Shown: in pieces, positions 46,776-58,703 of the stretch
Layout: the number at the start of each line of letters is the position of its first letter
Position numbering within the stretch: position 1 is the first letter of the stretch
Made by a program: the position numbers and the translations under genes
Notes under the pieces: generated by a model
What the model saw: only the letters and a program-made list of their open reading frames with translations
Told to the model about the DNA's origin: nothing
Databases searched by the model: none
NCBI GenBank assembly: GCA_945288535.1
Contig: CALYQQ010000016.1
Location: 1,407-65,406, forward strand
Origin: an uncultured Enterobacterales bacterium
GTDB taxonomy: Bacteria; Pseudomonadota; Gammaproteobacteria; Enterobacterales; CALYQQ01
Reading direction: 5' to 3'
DNA length: 64,000 nucleotides

Positions 46776-46851
46776 TATAGCAAAATTAAGTCTAAAAACA
46801 GTCACTATATAAATAAGGTACTATCATACGCGGTATAAGCGGGGAGATATC

Positions 46852-48018
46852 ATGTTTGAACCTATGGAATTTACCAACGATGCGGTAATTAAAGTCATTG
46901 GTGTTGGCGGCGGCGGCGGAAATGCTGTTGATCATATGGTACGTGAACACATAGAAGGTGTTGAATTTTACGTGGTAAACACTGATGCACAAGCATTAAG
47001 AAAATCAGCTGCTAGCCAGACTATTCAAATAGGTAGTAACATTACGAAAGGATTAGGTGCTGGGGCTAATCCAGAAGTGGGTCGTAATTCAGCAGAAGAA
47101 GATCGTGATGCAATTCGTGCGGCTATTGATGGCGCCGATATGGTATTTATTGCTGCTGGTATGGGTGGTGGAACAGGAACGGGGGCAGCACCTGTTGTTG
47201 CTTCTATTGCAAAAGAATTGGGTATACTCACGGTAGCAGTAGTAACGAAGCCATTTAATTTTGAAGGCAAAAAAAGAATGTCTTTTGCTGAACAAGGCAT
47301 TGTTGAATTGTCCAAACATGTTGATTCACTTATTACTATTCCTAATGACAAATTATTAAAAGTGCTTGGGCGTGGTATTTCGTTACTTGATGCGTTTGGT
47401 GCGGCAAATGATGTATTAAAAGGTGCAGTGCAAGGAATTGCAGATCTAATCACTTTACCAGGCCTGGTTAATGTCGATTTTGCTGATGTACGTACTGTTA
47501 TGTCTGAAATGGGCTACGCAATGATGGGATCTGGTGTAGGTCGAGGTGATAATCGTGCTGAAGAAGCTGCTGAAATTGCTATTTCTAGTCCATTGCTTGA
47601 AGATATAGATTTATCTGGTGCGCGCGGTGTTCTAGTAAATATTACCGCTGGCTATGATTTAAGTTTAGCTGAGTTCGAAACAGTAGGTAATACAGTAAGA
47701 GCATTTGCATCTGATAATGCAACGGTTGTTATTGGTACTTCATTAGATGCTGAAATGAGTGATGAATTACGTGTTACCGTTGTGGCTACAGGTATAGGTA
47801 TGGATAAACGCCCTGAAATTACACTTGTAACAGGAAAAGCTGCTGGTCAAACACATAAAATTATAGAAAACCGTTATACGCCAGGTGTTTCACCCCTACC
47901 TATTCAACGCGAACATAAAGTTGTAACAGCAAAAGTAGTGAACGATCACGATGATTCTATATCTAAGGATAATGAATTTGTTGACATTCCGTCATTTTTG
48001 CGCAGGCAAGCAGATTAA
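46852..48018 (+). CDS. ftsZ: Cell division GTPase FtsZ
   Basis: GGGTGTG tubulin motif, C-terminal [11 protein letters not shown]. Confidence 0.99.
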   Translation: MFEPMEFTNDAVIKVIGVGGGGGNAVDHMVREHIEGVEFYVVNTDAQALRKSAASQTIQIGSNITKGLGAGANPEVGRNSAEEDRDAIRAAIDGADMVFIAAGMGGGTGTGAAPVVASIAKELGILTVAVVTKPFNFEGKKRMSFAEQGIVELSKHVDSLITIPNDKLLKVLGRGISLLDAFGAANDVLKGAVQGIADLITLPGLVNVDFADVRTVMSEMGYAMMGSGVGRGDNRAEEAAEIAISSPLLEDIDLSGARGVLVNITAGYDLSLAEFETVGNTVRAFASDNATVVIGTSLDAEMSDELRVTVVATGIGMDKRPEITLVTGKAAGQTHKIIENRYTPGVSPLPIQREHKVVTAKVVNDHDDSISKDNEFVDIPSFLRRQAD

Positions 48019-48136
48019 TTGAGAATAATTTCTTTTTAAGATTTTTTATGTTAATCTTAATGACGGATAAAGTAAATTCATAATAAGGCTTTAGATGATA
48101 AGCCAACATGGAATAAATGTCATATAGCGAGAAGAA

Positions 48137-49057
48137 ATGATGATTAAACAAAGAACCCTTAAAAAAATAGTGAGTGCAACAGGCGTCGGACTTCACACCG
48201 GACGTAAAGTTACGCTGACTATGCGACCAGCTGTCGCAAATACAGGGATCATCTATCGTCGTACTGACTTAAATCCACCTGTTGATTTTCCAGCTGATGT
48301 AAACGCGGTCAGAGATACGATGCTTTGCACTTGTTTGGTAAACGAGCAAAATGTAAGAATATCGACGGTCGAACATATTAATGCTGCTCTAGCCGGATTA
48401 GGTATTGATAATTTGATTATCGAAGTTGATGCACCAGAAATACCGATCATGGACGGTAGTGCAAGTCCATTTGTATGGTTGCTCCTTGATGCAGGTATTG
48501 AAGAACTCAGTGTGGCTAAAAAATTTGTCTCTATTACTAAAACGGTTCGTGTTGAAGACGGGGATAAATGGGCGGAATTAAAACCCTATAATGGATTTAG
48601 TTTAGATTTTACGATTGATTTTAATCATCCTGCAATTGATGCAAGTTCACAACGATATAAGCTGAACTTTTCAGCAGAAGCTTTTGTTAATCAAATTAGT
48701 CGAGCAAGAACATTTGGTTTCATGCGTGACATCGAATATTTACAAGCAAAAGGACTTTGTTTAGGTGGCAGCATGGATTGTGCTATTGTTGTTGATGACT
48801 ATCGTGTACTTAATGATGATGGTTTACGTTATAATGATGAGTTTGTCCGTCATAAAATGTTAGATGCTATTGGTGATTTGTTCATGAGCGGCCACAATAT
48901 TATTGGTGCCTTTACAGCATATAAATCAGGTCATGCGCTTAACAACCAATTATTAAGAGCTGTATTAGCAGATCAGACTGCATGGCAGTACGTTACTTTT
49001 GAAAATGAGCGAGATATACCTTTAGCTTTTAAAGCACCGTCAATTGTACTAGCTTAA
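48137..49057 (+). CDS. lpxC: UDP-3-O-acyl-GlcNAc deacetylase
   Basis: [23 protein letters not shown]. Confidence 0.98.
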   Translation: MMIKQRTLKKIVSATGVGLHTGRKVTLTMRPAVANTGIIYRRTDLNPPVDFPADVNAVRDTMLCTCLVNEQNVRISTVEHINAALAGLGIDNLIIEVDAPEIPIMDGSASPFVWLLLDAGIEELSVAKKFVSITKTVRVEDGDKWAELKPYNGFSLDFTIDFNHPAIDASSQRYKLNFSAEAFVNQISRARTFGFMRDIEYLQAKGLCLGGSMDCAIVVDDYRVLNDDGLRYNDEFVRHKMLDAIGDLFMSGHNIIGAFTAYKSGHALNNQLLRAVLADQTAWQYVTFENERDIPLAFKAPSIVLA

Positions 49058-49108
49058 TAACAGTCTTTATAGATTATTGAAACTATTTGAAACGGTTGGT
49101 AGTTATGG

Positions 49109-49588
49109 TTATTTTTGAGCCAAAGCTGCCAGCCGTTCTAGTCTTTTACGTAGTTCATCAGGACAATTTTGTGCTAGTTGAGTTAAATATTCGGCACTTT
49201 TAACACTGAGTTTTCGATGAATTTTTGGATAATGTATTATATTATTACTCTCCTTGGATAGCGTATTTTTTTCTGTATTAATTGCAAGAGAAGGATTAAC
49301 TTTTATAGTAATTGAAGCAAGCGAAGGTAATATGGTTGTTCGGAGTGTGGATAACAAACGTGTTTGTTCATAACGCAAACGCATTAACCAATTGGCATTT
49401 GTTGTCTCAAGGATTAAAATACAATTACGATAATTGGCAACGCGACAATAAGGATGCAGTTGTGCTGGAAGAAGTCCTTTTACTGTGCGATTCAATTTTG
49501 CTATAAAGATAGCATGTCTCTGAATATTCTGTAAAAAGGAGATTCCATCTAGGATTTGATCGGGCAGTTGAGGATGACTATCTCTCAT
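49109..49588 (-). CDS. dciA: DciA (DUF721) replicative helicase loader
   Basis: MRDSHPQ..., CRVANYR...L.LE...ANWLMRLRYEQ, C-terminal L.RLAALA; located between lpxC and secM. Confidence 0.8.
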   Translation of the reverse strand: MRDSHPQLPDQILDGISFLQNIQRHAIFIAKLNRTVKGLLPAQLHPYCRVANYRNCILILETTNANWLMRLRYEQTRLLSTLRTTILPSLASITIKVNPSLAINTEKNTLSKESNNIIHYPKIHRKLSVKSAEYLTQLAQNCPDELRKRLERLAALAQK

Positions 49589-49616
49589 AATAAATTTCCA
49601 ATAATGAAAAAGTAAA

Positions 49617-50159
49617 ATGGATATTATTAACCGTTGGCGAAAAATAAGCAGATGTTACTTCTGGCCACCTCTTTTACTAGGTGTAGTAGCTGCCTATATG
49701 GGAATAGCCACTAATCTGGAAAAACCATTTATTCAGCGCATTGTATCATCAACTCTGTTAAGCGTTAATTCTTTTGAGCATACTTTAACTCGTCGTCTTG
49801 CATCAAGTATTTTGTTAGTAAGTTCACCCTCTGGTCATTCAGCTCAAAAATTGAACTCTTGGCAGAGTCACGCAATACGCCGTTTGATTAAACAATTTGC
49901 TTTTTATTTATCTTTTGATAAATCATTTTCAATCCCGCCCGATAAAGACTTAATAAAACATAGTTCTACACAGTATTATTGGGATCTATTATCTCATTTG
50001 GCCGTTTTATTAAGTGATTCTATCATTTTCTATGATTTACCTATGCAGCTTTACTATCATAGAAAACAACCTACTAAATTACCACATTTGAATATTGGCA
50101 TATTGTTAGCCCATACTGGGGGAATAAGGGCAGGTCCGCTTTCATTAAACCAATGCTAA
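49617..50159 (+). CDS. secM: Secretion monitor SecM
   Basis: N-terminus RWR...YFWPPLLLG, C-terminal GIRAGP arrest core, directly upstream of secA. Confidence 0.9.
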   Translation: MDIINRWRKISRCYFWPPLLLGVVAAYMGIATNLEKPFIQRIVSSTLLSVNSFEHTLTRRLASSILLVSSPSGHSAQKLNSWQSHAIRRLIKQFAFYLSFDKSFSIPPDKDLIKHSSTQYYWDLLSHLAVLLSDSIIFYDLPMQLYYHRKQPTKLPHLNIGILLAHTGGIRAGPLSLNQC

Positions 50160-50244
50160 CCTTTTATATTAAAATAATAAACAGCATGGTGTATTAAGAT
50201 TGCAACATGCCTTTCTTTGCAAAATTAAAGAGATAAGAAAATTT

Positions 50245-52965
50245 ATGCTAAACGCTTTAATGACAAAAATTTTTGGTAGCCGTAATCAACGTATTCTCAA
50301 GCAATTACGCAAATCTGTTGTAGAAATCAATAAATTAGAATCGGTAATGGAAGCATTATCAGATCAAGAGCTAAAAGCTAAAACAGATGAATTTCGTCAG
50401 CGCTTAAAAGATGGTGCAACAGTTGACTCTTTACTTTCCGAAGCGTTTGCCGTTGTACGTGAAGCGAGTAAACGTGTTTTTAAAATGCGCCATTTTGATG
50501 TTCAGCTTATTGGTGGAATGGTACTTAATGGTCGTAATATTGCAGAAATGCGTACAGGAGAGGGTAAAACATTAACGGCTACATTACCAGCTTATTTGAA
50601 TGGTTTGAGTGGGCATGGTGTGCATGTTGTTACTGTAAATGATTATTTAGCACAACGTGATGCTGAAAATAATCGACCACTCTTTGAGTTTCTTGGTATG
50701 ACGGTAGGTATTAATTTACCAAATATGACACCGGCCGAAAAACGTAATGCCTATAATGCAGATATCACATACGGTACGAATAACGAATTCGGTTTTGACT
50801 ATTTGCGTGACAACATGGCATTTAGCGCAGAAGAGCGTGTACAACGTAAATTACATTACGCCTTAGTAGATGAAGTTGATTCTATTTTAATTGATGAAGC
50901 GCGTACACCATTAATTATTTCCGGTCCAGCAGAAGATAGTTCAGATCGTTATATACGTGTAGATAAATTAATCAACAAGTTACAACGTCAGGAAAAAGAA
51001 GATTCAGATACTTTTACGGGTGAAGGTCACTTTTATGTTGATGAAAAAGCAAAGCAAGCCCATCTGACAGAACGAGGTTTAGAGCTTGTTGAACAACTAT
51101 TAGTTAATGCTGGATTAATGCAGGAAGGAGAGTCTCTTTATTCGCCAACGAATATTTCGCTAATGCATCATGTTATGGCAGCATTACGCGCGCATAGTTT
51201 ATTTACCCGTGATGTTGACTATATTGTTAAAAATAATGAAGTCATTATTGTTGATGAACATACTGGACGCACAATGGAAGGCCGTCGTTGGTCAGACGGT
51301 CTACATCAAGCTGTAGAAGCTAAAGAAGGTGTTAAAATTCAGAATGAAAACCAAACATTAGCGTCAATTACATTCCAGAATTATTTTAGGTTATATGAAA
51401 AATTAGCAGGAATGACGGGGACTGCAGATACAGAAGCATTCGAATTTAGACAAATTTATCATCTCGATACGATAGTTATTCCTACGAATAGACCAATGAT
51501 CCGTAAAGATATGCCTGATATGGTCTATATGACGGAAAAAGATAAGTTAGCTGCGATAATTGAAGATGTTAAAGTACATTCTGCTAAAGGCCAACCTATT
51601 CTTATCGGAACGATTTCTATTGAAAAATCGGAATTAGTATCACGTGAATTAAAACGCGCCGGTATTGCTCATAATGTTTTAAATGCAAAATTCCATGCAA
51701 TGGAAGCGGATATTATTGCTGATGCAGGTCGAAAAGGTGCAGTAACTATTGCAACAAATATGGCGGGTCGTGGTACAGATATTGTGTTAGGCGGAAGTTG
51801 GCAAACGGAAGTTGCTCGTTTAGGAGAACCTGATGAAACTAAAATCGCTGAGATACAAGCTGAATGGCAAAAACGTCATGATGAAGTAATTGAAGCCGGC
51901 GGTTTATATATAATTGGTACTGAACGTCATGAATCTCGTCGAATTGATAATCAGTTAAGAGGGCGTTCGGGTCGACAAGGTGATCCTGGTATGTCACGTT
52001 TTTATCTATCATTTGAAGATCCTTTAATGCGTATATTTACCTCTGAGCGCGTAACTAAAATGATGCGTTCTTTAGGAATGAAAGAGGGGGAGGCGATTGA
52101 ACATCCATGGGTAACAAAAGCGATTGCCAATGCACAACGTAAAGTTGAAACACGCAATTTTGACATTCGTAAGCAGTTACTTGAATTTGATGATGTTGCT
52201 AATGATCAACGCCGTGCGATTTATACACAACGTAATGAGTTATTAGATGTTGATGATATTAGCGATACCATTACTAATATTAGAAGCGATGTACTCAATA
52301 GTGTTATTAATAGTTATATACCGCCGCAGTCTTTAGAAGAATTATGGGATGTACCTGGATTACAACAACGATTATCTGACGATTTTTTATTAGATTTACC
52401 TATTGCTGAATGGTTAGAAAAAGAACCTAACCTTTATGAAGAAACATTACGTGAGCGTATTTTAGCTGCGGCTATCGATGCATATAAAGCTAAAGAAGAA
52501 ATCATAGGAAGTGAATCGTTACGTAGTTTTGAAAAAATGGTGATGCTACAGACATTAGATTCAATGTGGAAAGAACATTTAGCTGCAATGGATTATTTGC
52601 GTCAAGGTATTCATCTTCGTGGTTATGCACAAAAGGATCCAAAGCAAGAGTACAAACGTGAATCTTTTTCTATGTTTTCATCTATGCTGGAATCGCTTAA
52701 ATATGAAGTTATTGCAATTTTAAGCAAAGTTCAGGTACGTATGCCAGAAGAAGTTGAAGCCATTGAACAACAACGCAGATTAGAAGCTGAAAAACTCGCA
52801 CGACAACAAACTTTAAGTCATACTGAGGCCGAAAATATGCTTGCGGATAAGCAAGATACTGGCGGTACTGTTGTTAGGACTATGCGTAAAATTGGTCGTA
52901 ACGAATTGTGTCCTTGTGGTTCAGGCAAAAAATATAAACAATGTCACGGGCGTTTAATTCAATAA
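50245..52965 (+). CDS. secA: Preprotein translocase ATPase SecA
   Basis: [27 protein letters not shown] motif [13 protein letters not shown]. Confidence 0.99.
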   Translation: MLNALMTKIFGSRNQRILKQLRKSVVEINKLESVMEALSDQELKAKTDEFRQRLKDGATVDSLLSEAFAVVREASKRVFKMRHFDVQLIGGMVLNGRNIAEMRTGEGKTLTATLPAYLNGLSGHGVHVVTVNDYLAQRDAENNRPLFEFLGMTVGINLPNMTPAEKRNAYNADITYGTNNEFGFDYLRDNMAFSAEERVQRKLHYALVDEVDSILIDEARTPLIISGPAEDSSDRYIRVDKLINKLQRQEKEDSDTFTGEGHFYVDEKAKQAHLTERGLELVEQLLVNAGLMQEGESLYSPTNISLMHHVMAALRAHSLFTRDVDYIVKNNEVIIVDEHTGRTMEGRRWSDGLHQAVEAKEGVKIQNENQTLASITFQNYFRLYEKLAGMTGTADTEAFEFRQIYHLDTIVIPTNRPMIRKDMPDMVYMTEKDKLAAIIEDVKVHSAKGQPILIGTISIEKSELVSRELKRAGIAHNVLNAKFHAMEADIIADAGRKGAVTIATNMAGRGTDIVLGGSWQTEVARLGEPDETKIAEIQAEWQKRHDEVIEAGGLYIIGTERHESRRIDNQLRGRSGRQGDPGMSRFYLSFEDPLMRIFTSERVTKMMRSLGMKEGEAIEHPWVTKAIANAQRKVETRNFDIRKQLLEFDDVANDQRRAIYTQRNELLDVDDISDTITNIRSDVLNSVINSYIPPQSLEELWDVPGLQQRLSDDFLLDLPIAEWLEKEPNLYEETLRERILAAAIDAYKAKEEIIGSESLRSFEKMVMLQTLDSMWKEHLAAMDYLRQGIHLRGYAQKDPKQEYKRESFSMFSSMLESLKYEVIAILSKVQVRMPEEVEAIEQQRRLEAEKLARQQTLSHTEAENMLADKQDTGGTVVRTMRKIGRNELCPCGSGKKYKQCHGRLIQ

Positions 52966-53004
52966 ATGATTATATAACTAATTAAATAAGTTATGTTATA
53001 TACT

Positions 53005-53028
53005 TAAAGGCGGCTTAGGTCGCCTTTA
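53005..53028 (+). terminator. Hairpin after secA
   Basis: TAAAGGCG-N8-CGCCTTTA. Confidence 0.6.
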
Positions 53029-53078
53029 GTCTGTCGTAGTATGCATTTGACAGAGAGTGTTAAATAGTAGGGGAAATA

Positions 53079-53486
53079 ATGAAAACACAGGAAATAGCAG
53101 TTGGTATTATCACTGATTCGAAAAGAGGTATTTTTATTACTCAACGAAAAGCAAGTTCACATTTGGCTGGATATTGGGAATTTCCTGGTGGTAAACTTGA
53201 AACGGGTGAAAATGTAGAACAAGCATTATTTCGTGAATTACAGGAAGAAATCGGTATTCAGGTAAATTCTGCAATATTACTCAGAAGTGCAGATTATTGT
53301 TATAGTGGGAAACGACTACTTTTACATTTTTATTTAGTAAAAAAATGGCAAGGTGACCCTTATGGTCGAGAAGGTCAAAATGGTCAATGGGTTGCTATAG
53401 ATAAACTCAATGATTATCAATTTCCTGATACAAATCAACAAATAATTGCATTATTGCAATCTGAAAATATCAACTGCAAAATGTGA
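53079..53486 (+). CDS. mutT: 8-oxo-dGTP diphosphatase
   Basis: WEFPGGKLE.GE..EQAL.RELQEEIG Nudix box, P.GREGQ; follows secA. Confidence 0.94.
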   Translation: MKTQEIAVGIITDSKRGIFITQRKASSHLAGYWEFPGGKLETGENVEQALFRELQEEIGIQVNSAILLRSADYCYSGKRLLLHFYLVKKWQGDPYGREGQNGQWVAIDKLNDYQFPDTNQQIIALLQSENINCKM

Positions 53487-53499
53487 CTTATCGCATTGA

Positions 53500-53697
53500 T
53501 TAATCTTGAGTAAACTCACTCCAGTTTTCATTATCGGCAATATTAGCATGACTTGCTATACGATTTTCTTCGCTAGCCCATTCGCCGAGATCAACTAATT
53601 GACATCGTTTACTACAAAATGGGCGATAAAGGCTTTTTTCTTCCCAAATAATTTGTTTATGACATATTGGACAAGAAACTATAATTTTTTTTGACAT
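53500..53697 (-). CDS. yacG: DNA gyrase inhibitor YacG
   Basis: CPIC...[17 protein letters not shown] zinc finger, C-terminal WSE. Confidence 0.95.
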   Translation of the reverse strand: MSKKIIVSCPICHKQIIWEEKSLYRPFCSKRCQLVDLGEWASEENRIASHANIADNENWSEFTQD

Positions 53698-53907
53698 AAC
53701 ATCATCTCTATTTAACGTATAATTAAATAACATATTATTATAACATATTTCTTCATAAAATAAGGTATCTGTATGATGGTATACATTTATTATTTATAAT
53801 AAAAATAAACGGTTGCGCCTTAATTCACAATAGAATGCGATCGCTTATATTTGTTATATCATCATCGATGAATATGGACAGCCTTATTACGAAGAAAAAG
53901 AGAGGTT

Positions 53908-54513
53908 TTATTTTGTTATTATTGCTAATTGTAAATAATGTCGATGGAGTAACTCTACCTGACGCAATACATTCTCTGAATTGCCACTATTATTAATGAT
54001 ATCATCAGCGTATATGAGTCGTTGTTCTCGACTAACTTGCGCATTTATTATTTGTAATGCAAGTTGGCGAGAAATATTATCACGTAATATTGTTCTTTCT
54101 ACTTGTACATCAATAGGAACATCAACTACCAAAATTCGATCAGCTTGATTCATCAAGTGATTTTCAATAAGTAAGGGAATAACCCAAAGTGCATAAGGTG
54201 TCGTGACGTTGTTTAATAATACGTTTGTTTGTTGTGCTATTAATGGATGTAGTAGTTGATTTAACCACTGCTTTTCAACATCATCATTAAAAATGTATCG
54301 ACGAAGTTTTTTACGATTAAGAGAACCATCTTCATGAAGTATCTGCTGACCAAAATGTGCAACTATTGCCGATAGGGCCGGTGTACCAGGTTGAACTATT
54401 TGCCGGGAAATTTCATCTGCATCAATAATGGGAACCGCTAACTGAGCAAACATATTAGCAATCGTTGTTTTACCACTGCCGATACCTCCCGTTAATGCAA
54501 CCACATAACTCAT
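53908..54513 (-). CDS. coaE: Dephospho-CoA kinase
   Basis: VALTGGIGSGKT, IDAD, LHPLI, IPLLIE. Confidence 0.96.
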   Translation of the reverse strand: MSYVVALTGGIGSGKTTIANMFAQLAVPIIDADEISRQIVQPGTPALSAIVAHFGQQILHEDGSLNRKKLRRYIFNDDVEKQWLNQLLHPLIAQQTNVLLNNVTTPYALWVIPLLIENHLMNQADRILVVDVPIDVQVERTILRDNISRQLALQIINAQVSREQRLIYADDIINNSGNSENVLRQVELLHRHYLQLAIITK

Positions 54514-54609
54514 AACTGATCCTGATATTGTTATTAACAACTTATTCAGTTGATTTATACAAATAGATAATACAAATAATATTTATGACTACTATGGAGT
54601 ATCTACTAT

Positions 54610-54984
54610 TTATATTTTGCCTTCAGAAAGGAAAAGTGAATAGTGCTCTAGCATTGTCATAAAATCAGTTGTACCACAACATGCTTCTTTGTCATTATCG
54701 TCATAGTGCATGCCTTGCTCAAGAGAAATATCTGGATTAGCGAAGGATTTCAGCTGTATAATTACTTCATCGCTATTTAAACGTAAATGATATTGTCGAC
54801 CATTGAATTGATAATATTCCAGGGAATGCTGTTTCATTTTTTCATTGGCGATACTTTTTAATAAAGCAATTTTAACGAGATCATCCTTAATTTCTTCATA
54901 GAGCCAATAACCTATAGCTTCATGCCCCAGAGAAAAATTAATGGTAATTTCACCATAACTATCTTGATTAAATTCATAATCCAT
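54610..54984 (-). CDS. yacL: YacL/UPF0231 family protein
   Basis: MDYEF...SLGHEAIG.W..EE, M..YD......CG..DF; downstream of acnB. Confidence 0.88.
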   Translation of the reverse strand: MDYEFNQDSYGEITINFSLGHEAIGYWLYEEIKDDLVKIALLKSIANEKMKQHSLEYYQFNGRQYHLRLNSDEVIIQLKSFANPDISLEQGMHYDDNDKEACCGTTDFMTMLEHYSLFLSEGKI

Positions 54985-55128
54985 AGCATATACTCCAATT
55001 TATATATTATAACGAAAAGCAGAATCTTCTATAATAACAATACGGCTTCGCTAAATGTAAAGCCTATTATGACATGGAAGTAATCATGACTTGCTACCAG
55101 TATAGCTTAAATAGAATTATGTAAAAAT

Positions 55129-55164
55129 AGAATAAAAAACCTCAAAAATAAGGTTTTTTATTCT
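55129..55164 (-). terminator. Hairpin after acnB
   Basis: AGAATAAAAAACCT-N8-AGGTTTTTTATTCT perfect 14-bp stem. Confidence 0.7.
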
Positions 55165-55200
55165 TAATAACACTATATAATGGAGATAATGTAGGCTTAT

Positions 55201-57801
55201 CTATTGGGTAATTTCTTTAATATTAATGCTATTTGCTTTGTCAGTGTAATATTTAATCTTATCGAAATTAAGATAACGATAAGTATCCTGATTAGACCGA
55301 TTAATATTACTAATATATTCAAGATACTGTTGAGGTTCTGGTAATTTACCTAACAATGCACTGACGGCGGCAAGTTCAGCTGAAGCTAAATATACGCGCG
55401 TATTTGTACCTAATCGATTCGGAAAATTGCGAGTAGAAGTCGAAACAGCGGTAGTACCTTCACCAATGCGAGCCTGATTTCCCATACATAAAGAACACCC
55501 CGGCTGTTCTATGCGAACCCCACCTTGACAATACGTACTATAATAACCTTCTTCAATTAGTTGTTTTGCATCCATTTTTGTTGGTGGCGCAATCCATAAA
55601 CGACTGGCTGTTATACCTTTATGTTGTTCAAGTAATTTACCAGCAGCACGAAAATGACCAATATTTGTCATACAAGAGCCAATAAACACTTCGTCAACTT
55701 TATCTCCGGCTACCTCTGATAGTAATCGTGCGTCATCTGGATCATTTGGCGCACATAAAATAGGTTCCTTTAGCTGTGATAAATCAATCTCGATAACTGC
55801 CGCATATTCAGCATCTTCATCAGCACGCAATAATTCCGGGTTTTTCAGCCATTGTTCCATGGTATCAATACGACGCACTAAGGTTGCTGCGTTTTGATAA
55901 CCTTCAGAAATCATCCATTTGAGTAAGATAATATTTGATGTAATATATTCAATAATAGGTGCCTTATCTAATTGAATTGTACATGCAGCGGCTGAGCGTT
56001 CAGCTGAAGCATCAGCCAATTCAAAGGCTTGTTCTACTTTTAAAAATGGCAGCCCTTGGATTTCGAGAATACGTCCAGAAAATATATTTTTTTTACCTTT
56101 TTTATCGACTGTCAACAAACCTTGTTGAATAGCATAATAGGGAATAGCATGAACCAAATCTCGTAAGGTAATGCCTGGTTGCATTTCTCCTTTAAAGCGA
56201 ACAAGAACGGATTCTGGCATATCAAGTGGCATAATGCCTGTTGCCGCTGCAAAAGCGACCAAACCAGAACCAGCAGGGAATGATAACCCAATCGGAAATC
56301 GGGTGTGTGAATCGCCTGCGGTTCCCATTGTATCAGGAATAAGCATTCGATTCAGCCATGAATGAATAATACCGTCACCTGGACGTAAGGCAATCCCCCC
56401 TCGACTAGAAATAAACTCAGGTAACTGTTGATGCATTTTTATATCTACAAGCTTTGGATAAGCAGACGTGTGGCAGAAAGATTGCATCATTAAATCAGCC
56501 GAGAATGTCAGACAAGCAAGATCTTTTAACTCATCACGTGTCATAGTACCAGTTGTATCTTGTGAACCTACTGATGTCATTTTTGGTTCACAATATTGTC
56601 CAGGTCGTACCCCGGGTAAATTACACGCTTTGCCGACAATTTTTTGAGCCAATGTATAGCCTTTATCACTTTCTTTTATTAATTTTGGCTGGCGAAAAAG
56701 AGTGCTAGCAGGTAAACCTAAGGAAATACGCGCTTTAGTCGTTAAATCTCGACCTATTATTAAAGGAATACGTCCTCCCGCTTGAACTTCATCAAGTAAT
56801 ACATCTGTTTTTAATGTAAAAGATGCTAGTAATGTATTAGTCTGATGGTCACGTATTTCACCTTTATACGGATAAACATCAATAATATCGCCCATATTTA
56901 GTGCGCTAACATCCATTTCTATAGGTAATGCCCCAGAATCTTCCATCGTATTAAAAAAAATAGGGGCGATTTTACCAGCTAAGACCATGCCACCAGCATG
57001 TTTATTGGGAATAAAAGGAATAGGCTGGCCCATATACCATAATACTGAATTAGTTGCTGATTTACGTGATGAACCGGTACCGACAACATCACCTACATAA
57101 ACTAAAGGATAGCCTTTTGTTTTCAAGCGTTTAATTTGGTTTAAAGGTCCCATGATACCTGGTTGATCCGGTTCAATGCCATCACGAGGATTTTTTAACA
57201 TTGCTAATGCATGAAGAGGGATATCTGGGCGCGACCAAGCTTCAGGTGCGGGTGACAGATCATCTGTATTGGTTTCACCTGTGACTTTAAATACAGTCAA
57301 GGTTATTTTTTCAGCTAGTGGAGCGCGTTGAGTAAACCATTCAGCATTAGCCCAAGATTGCAAAACACGTTGGGCAAATTGATTACCTTCTTTTGCTTTG
57401 TACTCGATATCTTTAAAATTATCAAATATAAGTAATGTAAAAGAGAGAGCATGTGCAGCAATGGGGGCTAATTTTTTATTATCTAAAGCCTTAATGAGGG
57501 GTTGAATATTATAGCCACCTTGCATTGTGCCCAATAACTCAATGGCTTTTTCTGGTGAAAGTAAAGATGATACCGTGACACCTTGTGCAATATTAGCAAG
57601 AAATTGTGCTTTTACCTTTGCTGCATCATCAACGCCAGGTGGAACATGTTCAGTAAGTAACTTAATGATAAATGATTCTTCGCCTGTGGGAGGGCAATTA
57701 AATAACTCAATAAGTGATTGGGTCTGTTGAGCATCTAATGGTTTGGGTGGGATACCGAGAGCTTGCCGTTCAGCAATATGTGCACGGTAATTATCTAACA
57801 T
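55201..57801 (-). CDS. acnB: Aconitate hydratase B
   Basis: 866 aa; GETNTDDLSPA, GSQDTTG, SFCHT, GSCMTN, GCSLCMGNQAR. Confidence 0.98.
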   Translation of the reverse strand: MLDNYRAHIAERQALGIPPKPLDAQQTQSLIELFNCPPTGEESFIIKLLTEHVPPGVDDAAKVKAQFLANIAQGVTVSSLLSPEKAIELLGTMQGGYNIQPLIKALDNKKLAPIAAHALSFTLLIFDNFKDIEYKAKEGNQFAQRVLQSWANAEWFTQRAPLAEKITLTVFKVTGETNTDDLSPAPEAWSRPDIPLHALAMLKNPRDGIEPDQPGIMGPLNQIKRLKTKGYPLVYVGDVVGTGSSRKSATNSVLWYMGQPIPFIPNKHAGGMVLAGKIAPIFFNTMEDSGALPIEMDVSALNMGDIIDVYPYKGEIRDHQTNTLLASFTLKTDVLLDEVQAGGRIPLIIGRDLTTKARISLGLPASTLFRQPKLIKESDKGYTLAQKIVGKACNLPGVRPGQYCEPKMTSVGSQDTTGTMTRDELKDLACLTFSADLMMQSFCHTSAYPKLVDIKMHQQLPEFISSRGGIALRPGDGIIHSWLNRMLIPDTMGTAGDSHTRFPIGLSFPAGSGLVAFAAATGIMPLDMPESVLVRFKGEMQPGITLRDLVHAIPYYAIQQGLLTVDKKGKKNIFSGRILEIQGLPFLKVEQAFELADASAERSAAACTIQLDKAPIIEYITSNIILLKWMISEGYQNAATLVRRIDTMEQWLKNPELLRADEDAEYAAVIEIDLSQLKEPILCAPNDPDDARLLSEVAGDKVDEVFIGSCMTNIGHFRAAGKLLEQHKGITASRLWIAPPTKMDAKQLIEEGYYSTYCQGGVRIEQPGCSLCMGNQARIGEGTTAVSTSTRNFPNRLGTNTRVYLASAELAAVSALLGKLPEPQQYLEYISNINRSNQDTYRYLNFDKIKYYTDKANSINIKEITQ

Positions 57802-58643
57802 TGCAGACTCCTTTATTTTTGAAATACCACTACTTCAAGACACGTTGTTATTCAACGAGTATGAATTAAATTGTTATTTGTTATTTTTTCTTTATAAAAT
57901 TAGTCAAGATGCAACGTATCAAATCATATTGAAACCAATACTTCTAAATAAAATTCATTTATATATAAATAGTGATCTTATCTCAATATAATTAGCTGTT
58001 ATTTTTACAATTAAATAATATTTATTTAATTTTTATTAAACAATTTATTTGCATTTTATTTAAATAAAAGAATATTATTTTATATAATAACATTAATAAA
58101 AAATTAATTTTATGTGTTCTTGCTATTTTATAACGGACAAACGATAAAATAATTATTTTTTACTAAATTTAATTAAGTTATTATGGCTAATTTTGATACA
58201 GATATTACACAAAGGAAATTATATAACCATTTGATTTGTAATAAATTAATGCAATTATTACTTTTTATGGAATCTACTAAGTTAATAATGGCTCCTTTGG
58301 CATCTATTGAAAAGTTAGGTAATAACTAAGTTATGAAGTAAATGGTAATTACTATTTATTCAATGATATCGCTGCAAATAGTGATAATAAATAAAAATAT
58401 GTTAAAAGTATTATGTAATATGTTAACGAAATTGTTTTATAGTGGTAGCAAAATGTTTACAAAGTCATATATCATCTTTGTAATAATACGTTATGTTTAA
58501 TAAAGTATATCAATGCGTTGTATTAACTAACTAATCAATTCTCCTATAAATATTTATTTAATAACGAGACCAATAAAACAGTACTATCAATTCATATTGT
58601 AATGAATCAATTAACTATTGATTAATATATCACGTTACACAAA

Positions 58644-58670
58644 TAAAAATGCGACCAACTGATGGTCGCA
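58644..58670 (-). terminator. Rho-independent terminator after lpdA
   Basis: TGCGACCA-N5-TGGTCGCA with a U tract on the minus strand. Confidence 0.8.
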
Positions 58671-58703
58671 ATAAAAATTAACATATAAAAATAATAGGTT
58701 AAA

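Noticed and set aside
47025-47453. 142-aa antisense ORF in ftsZ, and similar shadow ORFs in thiB, leuABC, murG, lpxC, acnB, lpdA, aceF and aceE
   Set aside because: Antisense or alternative-frame shadows of conserved genes, with no recognisable motifs.
57802-58640. Long AT-rich lpdA-acnB spacer with GTTA-type repeats (ArcA-like)
   Set aside because: Plausible for acnB regulation but not distinguishable from AT-rich background by eye; no ORF or structured RNA is evident.
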